From Subdoligranulum sp. CAG:314 (GTDB lineage: Bacteria > Bacillota > Clostridia > Christensenellales > CAG-314): a stretch of DNA of 64,000 bases. A program made the translations under genes and the position numbers. Shown in pieces: positions 1-9,742 of the stretch (within the stretch, counting starts at the first letter, position 1; every line of letters starts with the position of its first letter). The notes beneath the pieces were generated by a model, which had not been told where the DNA came from, ran no database searches, and was given only the letters and a program-made list of their open reading frames with translations. Location of the stretch: positions 230,479 through 294,478 of the forward strand of contig FR900999.1 of the NCBI GenBank assembly GCA_000437915.1, given 5' to 3'.

Positions 1-354
1 GTAAGCTTTTTCAAACGCGAAATAGCTTTGAGAGAGGCAACGGGCTTTCCGCCCTTTGCAACTGTAGTGCGTTTACTTTACTCCGACGAAAACGGAGAAA
101 AGTGTATTGAGCTTTTAAACCGTCATTACAGCGAAATAGAGCGGTTGAAAAACGTGTACGGGGAGGATTTTCTTTTTTTGCAGAAAATGCGCTGTCCCGT
201 AAAACGAATAGACAAAAAATACAGGTTTCAGATTCTTATGCGTCTGTCCGCCGGCAAGACGGATGAGATTATGCAAAGAATTTACGAAATTTGCGACAAA
301 AACGAAAAGAAGGTCACGGTTTTTGCGGAGGTCAATCCGCAGAACATGAGTTGA
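1..354 (+). CDS. priA: Primosomal protein N' (PriA), C-terminal fragment; the 5' end lies outside the window
   Basis: The frame is open from base 1. The tail ...ALREATGFPPF...RFQILMRL...VNPQNMS resembles the PriA C-terminus, and the conserved priA-def-fmt order supports the call. Confidence 0.8.
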   Translation, partial: VSFFKREIALREATGFPPFATVVRLLYSDENGEKCIELLNRHYSEIERLKNVYGEDFLFLQKMRCPVKRIDKKYRFQILMRLSAGKTDEIMQRIYEICDKNEKKVTVFAEVNPQNMS

Positions 355-374
355 CGTCAAAAATGGTGAAATAA

Positions 375-869
375 ATGGCATTGAGAAAGATATTGATGGA
401 AGGAGACCCGCTGCTGCGCAAAAAATGCAGAGTTGTGGAAAAATTCGACGGCAGGCTTGCCGCGCTTTTCGACGACCTTAAAGAAACGCTGTCCGCCGTC
501 GAAGGCTTGGGGCTTGCGGCTCCGCAGGTGGGGGTGTTGAAGCGCGCGGCGCTGATAGTTTACGACGACAAAATTTTTGAAGTGGTAAATCCCGAAATTC
601 TGGAAACGCGCGGAGAGTGCGTAGACGACGAGGGGTGCCTTAGCGTAGGAGACAGACGGGGGCTGGTGCGCCGCCCTCAGTACATCAAACTCAAATATTT
701 CGACAGGGACGGAAAAGAAAGGCTGCTTGAAGCGGAGGATTACTTTGCAAGAGTGTTTTTCCATGAAATAGACCATCTTGACGGAATACTTTTCACGGAC
801 AAAATAGAGGAGCCTGAAAGCAAACCGTCGCAATCGAACAAAAAAGACAAAAGGAGCAAAAACGGCTGA
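375..869 (+). CDS. def: Peptide deformylase
   Basis: Carries the three deformylase motifs GLAAPQVG, EGCLS and HEIDHLDG. Confidence 0.95.
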   Translation: MALRKILMEGDPLLRKKCRVVEKFDGRLAALFDDLKETLSAVEGLGLAAPQVGVLKRAALIVYDDKIFEVVNPEILETRGECVDDEGCLSVGDRRGLVRRPQYIKLKYFDRDGKERLLEAEDYFARVFFHEIDHLDGILFTDKIEEPESKPSQSNKKDKRSKNG

Positions 870-1792
870 TGAGGGTTGCGTTTTTCGGTACGCCGGACTT
901 TGCCGTCAATTCATTGCGGCGGTTGATTGAGTCGGGCAGAGAAATAGTCGCGGTGGTGTGTCAGCCCGACAAGGCGGGCAATCGCGGCAAAATCAGCTGC
1001 TGTGCGGTCAAAAATTACGCTGCGGAAAGGGGACTGAAAATTTTTCAGTTTGACAGCGTCAGCCGCGAGGGAGCGGAGACGTTGCGCGCATTGAGACCTG
1101 ACGTAATAGTTACGTGCGCTTTCGGTCAGTTTTTAAGTGAGGAAATTCTTTCGCTCGCGCCTTTTGGCGTGATAAACGTCCACGCTTCGCTGCTGCCTGC
1201 TTACAGAGGAGCTTCTCCCGTTCAGAGCGCGCTGATAAACGGCGAAACGGTAACAGGCGTGACGATTATGCGAACCGTAAAGAAAATGGATGCGGGCGAT
1301 ATCATTTTAAGTGAAGAGGTGCCTGTCGGAGAGGAGGAAAATTTCGGCGGGCTTTTTGAAAGGCTTTCCCGCGTGGGGGCTCGTCTGCTTGACGAGGCGC
1401 TGACTCTTTTGGAAAAGGGCAACGCCGTGTTTATGCCGCAGGACGATAGTCTCGCCACTTACTGCAAAAAGATAACAAAGGAAACGGAAAAAATCGATTT
1501 TTCCATGCCCGCAAAAAAAATAAACGACTTAATCAGGGGTTTAAGTCCCGCGCCCTGCGCATACGGCGAACTTAACGGACAGCGTTTGAAAATCGTTGCC
1601 GCGAAGGTGCGTGCGGATATAAATATAGAAGGTAAGGCAGGCTCGATTGTTCAGCGCGACGGGGCAGTGTTCGTCAGGTGCGGCGACGGCGTTGCTTTGT
1701 CCCTGCTGGAAGTGCAGCCGCAGAACGGCAGAAAAATGGACATAAAGAGTTTTTGCAACGGTCGCAGAACCGACGGGTGCGTATTTGAATGA
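869..1792 (+). CDS. fmt: Methionyl-tRNA formyltransferase
   Basis: N-terminus MRVAFFGTPDFAV, plus the motifs INVHASLLPAYRGASP and PQDDSLATYCKKI. Its start is coupled to the def stop. Confidence 0.95.
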   Translation: MRVAFFGTPDFAVNSLRRLIESGREIVAVVCQPDKAGNRGKISCCAVKNYAAERGLKIFQFDSVSREGAETLRALRPDVIVTCAFGQFLSEEILSLAPFGVINVHASLLPAYRGASPVQSALINGETVTGVTIMRTVKKMDAGDIILSEEVPVGEEENFGGLFERLSRVGARLLDEALTLLEKGNAVFMPQDDSLATYCKKITKETEKIDFSMPAKKINDLIRGLSPAPCAYGELNGQRLKIVAAKVRADINIEGKAGSIVQRDGAVFVRCGDGVALSLLEVQPQNGRKMDIKSFCNGRRTDGCVFE

Positions 1793-3078
1793 AAGAAGCT
1801 TTTTTGGCCGCATACTCGTGTCTCGACGCCGTTTTCAGAAAAAAAGCTTTTTCGGGTATTGAGCTTAACAACGCGTTGAAATGCTGCTCGGAAAAAAACA
1901 GGGCTGTTGTCACAAAGCTGTTTTACGGTACGCTTGAGCTTGCTTTGAAATACGATTACATTTTGTCGCTGTATGCGAAAACCGTCAAGCCTTCGGTTGC
2001 GACAGCGCTGAAAATGGGGCTTTACGCTTTTGAGGCGCTCAATCTTCCGCAGGCGGCGGCGGTCAACGAGACGGTTGCGCTGATAAAAAATTTGGGCAAG
2101 GGAGGCGCGGCAGGATTTGCAAACGCCGTCATGCGGCGCGCTACGGACGACCTGAAAGAAGGGAAAATAAATTTCGGAGAGGACGAACTCAAAGCTGCCG
2201 CATTGAAAAACGGCTTTCCGCAGTGGGCGGCTTTGCGTCTTGAAAACGATTTCGGCAGGGAGACGGCGTTGAAATTCGTTTCTTACAGGCAGGACGAAGC
2301 GTGGAGACACGTCAGATACAATCCTTTTCGTATAGAATTGCGGGACTTTGAAAGTCTGCTGTCCGACAGGCAAATAAGTTTCAGACAAGGTCCGTTCAAG
2401 GGAGGTTATTTCGTAAAGGGCAGACTCGACGGCGTGCCGCAGGACTTGTTTACTTTTCAGAGCGCAGGCTCCATGGCGGTTGCCTTTGCCTGCGTTTTGA
2501 AGCGGAACGGAAAATTTCTCGACCTTTGCGCCGCGCCCGGTGGAAAATCGGTGCTGGCGGCGCAGCTTTCGCCTCAGGCGGAGATAGTAGCCTGCGACAT
2601 ACATCCCCACAGAACCGATTTGATTGAAAAATACGCCGCGCGCATGGGAGTAAAAAATATCAAGGTTTCTCTCAACGACGCTACAGTATTCAATCGGGAA
2701 TTTAAGGACGCTTTCGACTGCGTACTGTGCGACGCGCCGTGCAGCGGCTTCGGGGTGCTGTCCTCCAAGCCCGACATAAAGCTGTTCAGAAAAGAAAGCG
2801 ACGTGGAGGAGCTTGCGGCATTGCAGAGCAAAATTCTCGGCGTTGCGGCAAGGTATGTCAAAAGGGGAGGTTCTTTGGTTTACTCTACTTGCACGGTGTT
2901 CAAAAGGGAAAACGACGACGTGGTCAACGATTTTTTGCTTGAAAACAAAAATTTCGCAGCGGAAAAAATCGACCTGCCCGTCGACACGGCTTGCGGCATG
3001 GAAAAGTTTGCGCGGTTTTTTCCTTTCAGAGACGGTTTCGACGGCTTTTTTATCGCCCGCTTAAAGAGGCTTGTTTGA
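1789..3078 (+). CDS. rsmB: 16S rRNA (cytosine967-C5)-methyltransferase RsmB/Sun
   Basis: NusB-like N-terminal domain and the SAM methyltransferase motifs DLCAAPGGKS and DAPCSGFG. The position after fmt fits. Confidence 0.9.
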   Translation: MKEAFLAAYSCLDAVFRKKAFSGIELNNALKCCSEKNRAVVTKLFYGTLELALKYDYILSLYAKTVKPSVATALKMGLYAFEALNLPQAAAVNETVALIKNLGKGGAAGFANAVMRRATDDLKEGKINFGEDELKAAALKNGFPQWAALRLENDFGRETALKFVSYRQDEAWRHVRYNPFRIELRDFESLLSDRQISFRQGPFKGGYFVKGRLDGVPQDLFTFQSAGSMAVAFACVLKRNGKFLDLCAAPGGKSVLAAQLSPQAEIVACDIHPHRTDLIEKYAARMGVKNIKVSLNDATVFNREFKDAFDCVLCDAPCSGFGVLSSKPDIKLFRKESDVEELAALQSKILGVAARYVKRGGSLVYSTCTVFKRENDDVVNDFLLENKNFAAEKIDLPVDTACGMEKFARFFPFRDGFDGFFIARLKRLV

Positions 3079-3081
3079 TTT

Positions 3082-4131
3082 ATGAAGCAATTGTTGTCGG
3101 ATTTCAATTCGGAAGAAATACGGGAAGCTCTCGATATTCCGCCCTACAAAGCCAAGCAGATTTTCAGGTGGCTTGCAAAGGGCTGCGATTTTGCGGAAAT
3201 GAGCGACCAGAGCAAGGCGTTTAGGGAAACTCTTCAAGAAAATTATTTTGCGCAGGGCGTAAAAATAATAAAGCGTTTGGTTTCGGAGGACGGAACCGAA
3301 AAATATCTTTTTGCCTTAAACGACGGAGCGGTCGTAGAGGGCGTACTCATGAAATACAAGTACGGCAATACTCTGTGCGTTTCCACTCAGGCAGGGTGCC
3401 GCATGGGATGCGCTTTTTGCGCAAGCACCTTAAACGGTCTTGAAAGAAACTTGTCCGCAGGCGAAATTTACGGCGAGGTCGTCGCGGTAAACCGTTTGAA
3501 GGAGGGCGGTCTCGGCGAGGGGCGCGCGGTGACAAACGTGGTGCTTATGGGAAGCGGGGAGCCGCTTGACAATTACGACAACGTAATCGGTTTTTTAAGG
3601 CTTATAAATTCTCCCGACGGGCTTAACGTGTCTTACAGAAACATTTCCCTTTCAACCTGCGGCTTGGTCCCGCAGATAATCAGGCTTGCAGACGAGGGAA
3701 TTGCCGTCAACCTTACCGTTTCCCTGCACTCGCCTTTTCAGCATAAGCGTATAAAGCTTATGCCCGTGTCTAAAAAATATCCGCTGCTTTCGGTCGTGGA
3801 GGCGGCGAAGTATTATTTTGAAAAGACGGGCAGGCGGGTTTATTTTGAATACACGCTTATAAGCGGAGAAAACGATTCCGACGAAGACGCCGAAAGACTT
3901 GCCGAGCTTCTTAAAGGATTTCCCGCGCATATAAATCTGATTAGACTTAATCCCGTCAGGGAAAGGAGACTCAAAGGCACGGGCGACTCCGCGGCGGCGG
4001 CTTTCGCCGCCCGTCTTCAAAATCTAGGGCTGTCCGTTACGCTAAGACGCAGAATGGGAGCCGATATAGACGGCGCATGCGGGCAGCTGCGCAAGAGATA
4101 TTTGGAGGAAAACGGCTTTGAAAACGGGTAA
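3082..4131 (+). CDS. rlmN: 23S rRNA/tRNA (adenine-C2)-methyltransferase RlmN, a radical SAM enzyme
   Basis: Radical-SAM cluster motif GCRMGCAFCAS, plus VLMGSGEPLDN and the C-terminal DIDGACGQL. Confidence 0.95.
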   Translation: MKQLLSDFNSEEIREALDIPPYKAKQIFRWLAKGCDFAEMSDQSKAFRETLQENYFAQGVKIIKRLVSEDGTEKYLFALNDGAVVEGVLMKYKYGNTLCVSTQAGCRMGCAFCASTLNGLERNLSAGEIYGEVVAVNRLKEGGLGEGRAVTNVVLMGSGEPLDNYDNVIGFLRLINSPDGLNVSYRNISLSTCGLVPQIIRLADEGIAVNLTVSLHSPFQHKRIKLMPVSKKYPLLSVVEAAKYYFEKTGRRVYFEYTLISGENDSDEDAERLAELLKGFPAHINLIRLNPVRERRLKGTGDSAAAAFAARLQNLGLSVTLRRRMGADIDGACGQLRKRYLEENGFENG

Positions 4132-4975
4132 GGTTGTCAAAAGCGTGGGAGGAGTGTTTTACGTTTTCTGCGACGGCAGGAGAATGCGGTTGTTTTCCCG
4201 CAAAAAAATCAGGCTGCGCGACGAGGTGATTGTCGGCGACAACGTACTGTTCGACGAAAAGGAGAGAACAATCGAAAAGGTTTTGCCGCGGACAAACCGT
4301 CTTGTGCGCCCGCCTGTGGCAAACGTGGACTGTGCGTTGATTTTCGTAGCGCCGAGTCCCGAACCGGACCTTTTTCTTGCCGACAAAATTCTTCTCAATT
4401 GTTTCAGACAGGACGTCAGTCCGTTGTTCGTCGTCAACAAAAAGGATATTTCCGACGACGCTTTTTGCGACAGAATAAAGTCCAATTATTCGTCTGCGGC
4501 GACGGTGTTTTGCGTGAGCGCTTTGACGGGTGAGGGCGTAGAGGCCTTGAAACGGGCTTTGGCGGGCAAAACGGTGTGTCTGACAGGACAGTCGGCAGTG
4601 GGGAAAACGACTCTCCTCAATCTCCTTACGGGTGAAAATATGCCTACGGGCGACCTGTCCGAAAAAATTGCGCGCGGAAAAAACACAACGCGGCACAGCG
4701 AGATTTTCGGCGCGGGACAGGATACGTTCTTAATCGACACTCCCGGATTTTCTCTGCTTGACACGCAGGAAATAAGAGCGTTTGAGTTGGGGCTGTTTTA
4801 TCCCGACTTTGCCGAGCAGGCGCCGCTTTGCCGTTTCAATATGTGTACGCACACGGCCGAGCCGGACTGTGCGGTAAAAAGCGCCGTCGCAAACGGACGG
4901 ATAAACGGGGAACGGTACGAGAGATACGCCGCGCTTTTTGAACAGCTGAAAAAAGCGGAAGAAGAACGCTTTTAA
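4118..4975 (+). CDS. rsgA: Ribosome small-subunit-dependent GTPase A
   Basis: Circularly permuted GTPase with VVNKKD before GQSAVGKTTLLN. C-terminal zinc knuckle CRFNMCTHTAEPDCAV. Confidence 0.9.
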   Translation: MKTGKVVKSVGGVFYVFCDGRRMRLFSRKKIRLRDEVIVGDNVLFDEKERTIEKVLPRTNRLVRPPVANVDCALIFVAPSPEPDLFLADKILLNCFRQDVSPLFVVNKKDISDDAFCDRIKSNYSSAATVFCVSALTGEGVEALKRALAGKTVCLTGQSAVGKTTLLNLLTGENMPTGDLSEKIARGKNTTRHSEIFGAGQDTFLIDTPGFSLLDTQEIRAFELGLFYPDFAEQAPLCRFNMCTHTAEPDCAVKSAVANGRINGERYERYAALFEQLKKAEEERF

Positions 4976-4990
4976 TTCACGGAGAATTTT

Positions 4991-5635
4991 ATGAAAACAG
5001 TTATTTCGCCTTCTATTCTTTCCGCAGATTTTGCGGACATGGGAAACGCCGTCAGACGACTTGAACAATGCGGAGCCGATTGGGTGCATTGCGACGTTAT
5101 GGACGGAGTATTTGTGCCTAACATAACCTTCGGGCAGAAAATGGTTTCGGACATATCGGGACTGACAGACCTTGTGACTGACGTGCACCTCATGATAACC
5201 GAGCCTATAAGGTACGTAGAGGAATTTGTCAGGTGCGGCGCGGATATAGTTACGTTTCATGTCGAAGCCGCGCAAAGCGTTGCGCAAACAATAGCGGCGA
5301 TAAAAAAGGCCGGCGCAAAGGCAGGGCTTGCGTTGAAGCCCGCAACTCCCGTCGACGCCGTCGCGCCGTTTATCGACGGTTTGGATATGATATTGGTTAT
5401 GAGTGTGGAACCCGGCTTCGGCGGGCAGAGCTTTATGCCCTGCGCATTGGACAAAATACGCCTTGCAAGGAAATTGGCGGGGACACGCAACATAAGAATA
5501 CAGGTTGACGGCGGTATATCGGAAAAAAACGCGGCTTCCGCAGTGCAGGCGGGGGCGGACTGTCTTGTTGCGGGCAGCGCTGTGTTCAAGTCGCACGATA
5601 TGGCGCAAACAATAAAAAAATTGCGCGGCGTGTAA
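4991..5635 (+). CDS. rpe: Ribulose-phosphate 3-epimerase
   Basis: Motifs PSILSADF, HCDVMDG.FVPNITFG and MSVEPGFGGQ.F. Confidence 0.95.
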   Translation: MKTVISPSILSADFADMGNAVRRLEQCGADWVHCDVMDGVFVPNITFGQKMVSDISGLTDLVTDVHLMITEPIRYVEEFVRCGADIVTFHVEAAQSVAQTIAAIKKAGAKAGLALKPATPVDAVAPFIDGLDMILVMSVEPGFGGQSFMPCALDKIRLARKLAGTRNIRIQVDGGISEKNAASAVQAGADCLVAGSAVFKSHDMAQTIKKLRGV

Positions 5636-5690
5636 CAAAAAAAGCTCAAAGGACATATAATGTAATAATTCCAAGAAAAGGGGGATGTCT

Positions 5691-5771
5691 ATGAGAATAT
5701 GTTGTTTCAGATTGCCTAAATTTCTTTGTCCGTTGTTCAGATTGCTGTTCGGAAAAAAAGTCGTAAGATAA
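5691..5771 (+). CDS. Candidate 26-aa small protein MRICCFRLPKFLCPLFRLLFGKKVVR (hypothetical)
   Basis: The ATG sits 6 nt after a GGGGG run (5680-5684). A TATAAT-like hexamer lies at about 5656-5661. It occupies an otherwise empty 227-bp rpe/clpB spacer. There is no homology support. Confidence 0.25.
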   Translation: MRICCFRLPKFLCPLFRLLFGKKVVR

Positions 5772-5821
5772 TATTTCCGACATCTGCATACTATTATTTC
5801 AGATATAATATATCAAAAAAA

Positions 5822-5852
5822 AAGAAAAAACGGCTTAAAAAGCCGTTTTTTG
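5822..5852. terminator. Bidirectional intrinsic terminator between rpe (plus the small ORF) and clpB
   Basis: Hairpin CGGCT-TAAAA-AGCCG flanked by an A-run on one side and a T-run on the other. Confidence 0.7.
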
Positions 5853-5862
5853 TTGGTATTTT

Positions 5863-8463
5863 TTATTTTTCGACTCTTACCGAGAGTTCGCCGTTTTCCG
5901 CGTCCGTTATAAGCGTGCTGTTGGGTTTCAGCTCTCCGCTCAGCATTACGCGCGCGAGCAGCGTTTCCACCTTGCTTTGAATATATCTTTTGAGCGGTCT
6001 TGCGCCGTAAACGGGGTCGTAGCCGTGTTCGATAATGAAATCCTTGGCGCGGTCGGTAACAGACAGTTTCAGCTGCTTTTCCGCAAGACGCTTGGACAGG
6101 GAGGAAATCAGTATGTCAATAATTCCCGTTATGTTTTCCTTAGTCAAAGGCTTGTAGAAGATGATTTCGTCAAGTCTGTTCAAAAATTCGGGGCGGAAGC
6201 TTGTTTTTAAAAGTCTTTCCACTTCAAAACGGGCGTCCTCCTTTATTTCTCCCGTCTTTTCGTCTATGCCTTCGAGTATATAAGAGGAGCCGAGATTGGA
6301 GGTCAAAATCAGTATTGTGTTTTTGAAATCCACCGTGCGTCCCTGAGAATCCGTTATTCTGCCGTCGTCGAGAACTTGAAGCAAAATATTGAAAACGTCC
6401 GGATGGGCCTTTTCTATTTCGTCGAACAGCACGACGGAGTAGGGCTTGCGCCTTACCGCTTCGGTCAATTGACCGCCTTCTTCATAGCCCACATATCCGG
6501 GAGGCGCGCCTACAAGACGGGAGACGGAAAACTTCTCCATATATTCGGACATATCTATTCTTATCAGATTGTGTTCGTCGTCGAAAAGACACTCTGCAAG
6601 CGCCTTTGCAAGCTCCGTCTTGCCGACTCCCGTCGGACCGAGAAACATAAAGGAGCCTATCGGTCGGTTGGGGTCCGCAATGCCTGCGCGTGAACGCATG
6701 ATGGCCTCGCTGACCTTGGTTACTGCCTCGTCCTGTCCTATAACGCGCTTGTGGAGAACGTCGTCGAGGTGGAGGATTTTTTCTCTTTCTCCCTCCATGA
6801 GTTTTGAAAGAGGGATACCCGTCCAGCGGGAAACCACCTTGGCTATTTCTTCTTCCGTTACCGTATCGCGCAAAAGCGTGGTATGCTTGCTTTCGCTGTT
6901 TTGCTGTGCCTGCGCGAGCTTTGCGTTAAGCTCCGGCAGTTTGCTGTAACGCAGCTTGGCGGCAAGCTCGTAATCGGCCTTGCGTTGAGCCGCCTCTATT
7001 TCGGCGTTGGTTTTTTCTATTTCCGCTTTGATGTCGGAAACCTCGTTTATGCTCTTCTTTTCGTTTTCCCACTGCGCTTTCATGGCGCGGAATTTTTCTC
7101 TCAGGTCGGAAAGCTCTTTCTGAATGTCTTCAAGTCTGTTTCGCGACAGTTCGTCCGTCTCCTTTTTGAGTGCGGTTTCTTCTATTTCAAGCTGCATTAT
7201 ACGTCTGGAAATTTCATCCATTTCCTGCGGCATGGAATCGATTTCGGTTCTTATCATCGCGCACGCCTCGTCCACCAGGTCGATTGCCTTGTCGGGGAGA
7301 AAGCGGTCGGTTATATAACGGTTTGAAAGGGTGGCTGCCGCAATCAGCGCCTGGTCGTGTATGGACACGCCGTGGAAAATTTCGTAGCGCTCCTTCAAGC
7401 CGCGCAGTATGGAAACGGTGTCCTCGACATTCGGTTCGTCAACCGTGACGGGCTGAAAGCGGCGTTCAAGCGCGGCGTCCTTTTCGATGTATTTGCGATA
7501 TTCGTCAAGAGTGGTAGCGCCTATGCAGTGCAGCTCTCCGCGCGCGAGCAGGGGTTTGAGAAGATTTCCCGCGTCCATTGCACCGTCGCTCTTGCCTGCG
7601 CCGACGATAGTGTGAAGCTCGTCTATAAAAAGAATGATTTTGCCTTGGCTTTTTTTGATTTCGTTGAGGACGGCTTTCAGGCGTTCTTCAAACTCGCCTC
7701 TGAATTTGGCTCCCGCAATAAGCGAGCCCATATCCAACGCGAAAATTGTTTTGTCTTTCAGCCCTTCGGGAACGTCTCCGCGTACTATTCTCAGCGCAAG
7801 ACCTTCGGCAATCGCCGTTTTGCCCACGCCCGGCTCTCCTATGAGTACGGGGTTGTTTTTTGTTTTGCGGGAAAGGATTCTTATGACGTTGCGGATTTCT
7901 CCGTCGCGGCCGATAACGGGGTCGAGCTTGTTGGAGCGCGCACGCTCAACGAGGTCGAAGCCGTATTTGTTGAGCGCATCATAGGTGGTTTCGGGATTGT
8001 CGCTGGTTATTCTGTCTGTTTTCACCTTTTTCAATTCCTTCAAAAATCCGTCTTTGGTTATGCCGTGCGCACGGAAAATATCTTTAAGCGCGCCCTCGGC
8101 ATAGTCGAAAATACACAGCATTATATGCTCGACGGACACATAGTCGTCCTTCATGCCTGCCGCGAGCTTTTCTGCGGCAGTCAGAATTTTGTCCGTAAGG
8201 GGACTGATATAAACCTTGTCAGGCTCTCTGCCGCTGCCCGACACGGCGGGAAGCTTTCTTATCAAAGTGTCGGTTTCCGCAAGCAAAGCGTCGGGATTTT
8301 TGCCCATTTTGCGGAAAAGATTGTTTACGAGTCCGTCCTCGCCGTCAAGCAGTGCGTAAAAAAGATGTTCGGGAAGAATTTGTATGTTTTGATTTTCTAT
8401 TGCGATATTTTGCGCAGTCTGGATTGCTTCAAGCGCTTTTTGCGTAAGTTTTTGAGCGTTCAT
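5863..8463 (-). CDS. clpB: ATP-dependent chaperone/disaggregase ClpB
   Basis: 866 aa with a Clp_N domain, two AAA+ modules (GEPGVGKTA and GPTGVGKTE) and the long coiled-coil M-domain typical of ClpB. RBS GGAGG. Confidence 0.95.
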   Translation of the reverse strand: MNAQKLTQKALEAIQTAQNIAIENQNIQILPEHLFYALLDGEDGLVNNLFRKMGKNPDALLAETDTLIRKLPAVSGSGREPDKVYISPLTDKILTAAEKLAAGMKDDYVSVEHIMLCIFDYAEGALKDIFRAHGITKDGFLKELKKVKTDRITSDNPETTYDALNKYGFDLVERARSNKLDPVIGRDGEIRNVIRILSRKTKNNPVLIGEPGVGKTAIAEGLALRIVRGDVPEGLKDKTIFALDMGSLIAGAKFRGEFEERLKAVLNEIKKSQGKIILFIDELHTIVGAGKSDGAMDAGNLLKPLLARGELHCIGATTLDEYRKYIEKDAALERRFQPVTVDEPNVEDTVSILRGLKERYEIFHGVSIHDQALIAAATLSNRYITDRFLPDKAIDLVDEACAMIRTEIDSMPQEMDEISRRIMQLEIEETALKKETDELSRNRLEDIQKELSDLREKFRAMKAQWENEKKSINEVSDIKAEIEKTNAEIEAAQRKADYELAAKLRYSKLPELNAKLAQAQQNSESKHTTLLRDTVTEEEIAKVVSRWTGIPLSKLMEGEREKILHLDDVLHKRVIGQDEAVTKVSEAIMRSRAGIADPNRPIGSFMFLGPTGVGKTELAKALAECLFDDEHNLIRIDMSEYMEKFSVSRLVGAPPGYVGYEEGGQLTEAVRRKPYSVVLFDEIEKAHPDVFNILLQVLDDGRITDSQGRTVDFKNTILILTSNLGSSYILEGIDEKTGEIKEDARFEVERLLKTSFRPEFLNRLDEIIFYKPLTKENITGIIDILISSLSKRLAEKQLKLSVTDRAKDFIIEHGYDPVYGARPLKRYIQSKVETLLARVMLSGELKPNSTLITDAENGELSVRVEK

Positions 8464-8480
8464 AGTGTACCTCCTTTAAT

Positions 8481-9134
8481 TCAGATTATCAATGCGCCGC
8501 TGTTGAGATATGCAAGATAGTCGTTTTCCATAGCCGTCAAATCGGAATAAGCTCCCGACAAGTGCTTTTTAAGCATGGCGTCGAAAACTTTGATGTAGGA
8601 AGAAATGGCGTTTGCACAGTCGTCGGCGTCGTAACGCGCGTTGACGGGCACGGACAGACTTCTGGTAAACCGCGTTTCGTCAAGCGTATAATTCAATGCG
8701 TTTTCCGGAAACAGCTTTAAAACGTAGGTATTTTCCAACCTCGCCCACAGTCTGAAAAATTCCGTCAGTCCAACGATAAGGTCGGGCGATTGAGTGCGGA
8801 AGTTTACTTTGAGCTGACCTATATTGCGTTCGGGAGTGCGGAACAGCTCCACCTCATAACGTATTGTGGGGCGGTATCTGTATACAAGGGAGCTTTTTAA
8901 GGACAGGGTATTGTCGTTCATCGCGTGCGCGGCAATCAGCTCCGTTCTGTCGAAAAAACTTTCTATGCTTCTGAAAACGTCCGCAATGTGCTTTTCAGGC
9001 GTCACCAAAGGGAGATAATCCGCAAGTATCTCGTTGATGAGCCTGGAACGATTTGTGTTTTGCTCCAAAGCAAGTCGGTCTATTGCTTCGACAACCTGCT
9101 CCGACAACATGAGGCTGTACATTGATTTTTTCAT
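8481..9134 (-). CDS. Ribbon-helix-helix (CopG/Arc-like) domain protein with an uncharacterised roughly 170-aa C-terminal domain
   Basis: Start chosen at MKKSMYS, preceded by GGAGG. The N-terminus YSLMLSEQVVEAIDRLALEQNTNRSRLINEILADYL fits the RHH strand-helix-helix pattern. The gene ends 17 nt before the clpB start codon. Confidence 0.65.
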   Translation of the reverse strand: MKKSMYSLMLSEQVVEAIDRLALEQNTNRSRLINEILADYLPLVTPEKHIADVFRSIESFFDRTELIAAHAMNDNTLSLKSSLVYRYRPTIRYEVELFRTPERNIGQLKVNFRTQSPDLIVGLTEFFRLWARLENTYVLKLFPENALNYTLDETRFTRSLSVPVNARYDADDCANAISSYIKVFDAMLKKHLSGAYSDLTAMENDYLAYLNSGALII

Positions 9135-9154
9135 TTTTACCTCCGATTGCAAGT

Positions 9155-9182
9155 ATTATAGCACACGGCAAAAAATTTGCAA
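9155..9182 (-). promoter_or_regulatory. Putative sigma-A promoter of the RHH-clpB operon
   Basis: On the minus strand: TTGCAA, 16-nt spacer, TATAAT. CTTGCAA occurs twice, once over the -35 and once just downstream of the -10. Confidence 0.5.
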
Positions 9183-9300
9183 GCATTTTTATATAAAATT
9201 ATTAACAAAATTTTGTTTTTTAATACAAGTGCGATAAGAAAAATCGACTTGACAATTCGGAATTTTTTATTTAAAATTAATCGAAATCGAGAGGTTAAAT

Positions 9301-9708
9301 ATGAATATAGAAAAAGGATTAAAAAACACCGAGCAATTCGAAGTGACGGAAAATCTCACCGCGGCAAGTCTCGGAAGCGGTCTGTTGCCCGTGCTTTCAA
9401 CTCCTGCCATGATTGCGTTTATGGAGGGCGTCTGTCAGCATTCGGTGCAGCCTTATCTGAGCGAGGGATACGGTACGGTAGGCGCGGAGCTTAACGTAAG
9501 ACATGTATCCGCCACTCCTGTGGGGATGCGTGTAAAAGCCGAGTGCGAGTTGGTTTCCGTCGACGGCAATATGTATACGTTTGAAGTAAGGGCTTTCGAC
9601 GAAACGGGGCTTATTGGCGAGGGGACGCACAAGCGGTGCGTAATCAACGACGAGAAATTCATGAAAAAAACCTTGTCCAAGCTTGAAAACAGAAAGCAAT
9701 CGTTTTAG
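9301..9708 (+). CDS. Hotdog-fold thioesterase (fluoroacetyl-CoA thioesterase-like family)
   Basis: 135 aa. The pattern ...VLSTPAMIAFMEG...GTVGAELNVRHVSATPVG..V.A...V..DG....F.V.A.D..G.IGEGTH.R matches this thioesterase family. Confidence 0.8.
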   Translation: MNIEKGLKNTEQFEVTENLTAASLGSGLLPVLSTPAMIAFMEGVCQHSVQPYLSEGYGTVGAELNVRHVSATPVGMRVKAECELVSVDGNMYTFEVRAFDETGLIGEGTHKRCVINDEKFMKKTLSKLENRKQSF

Positions 9709-9742
9709 AGAAAAAAAGAAAAATCCGGCAAAAGCCGGATTT

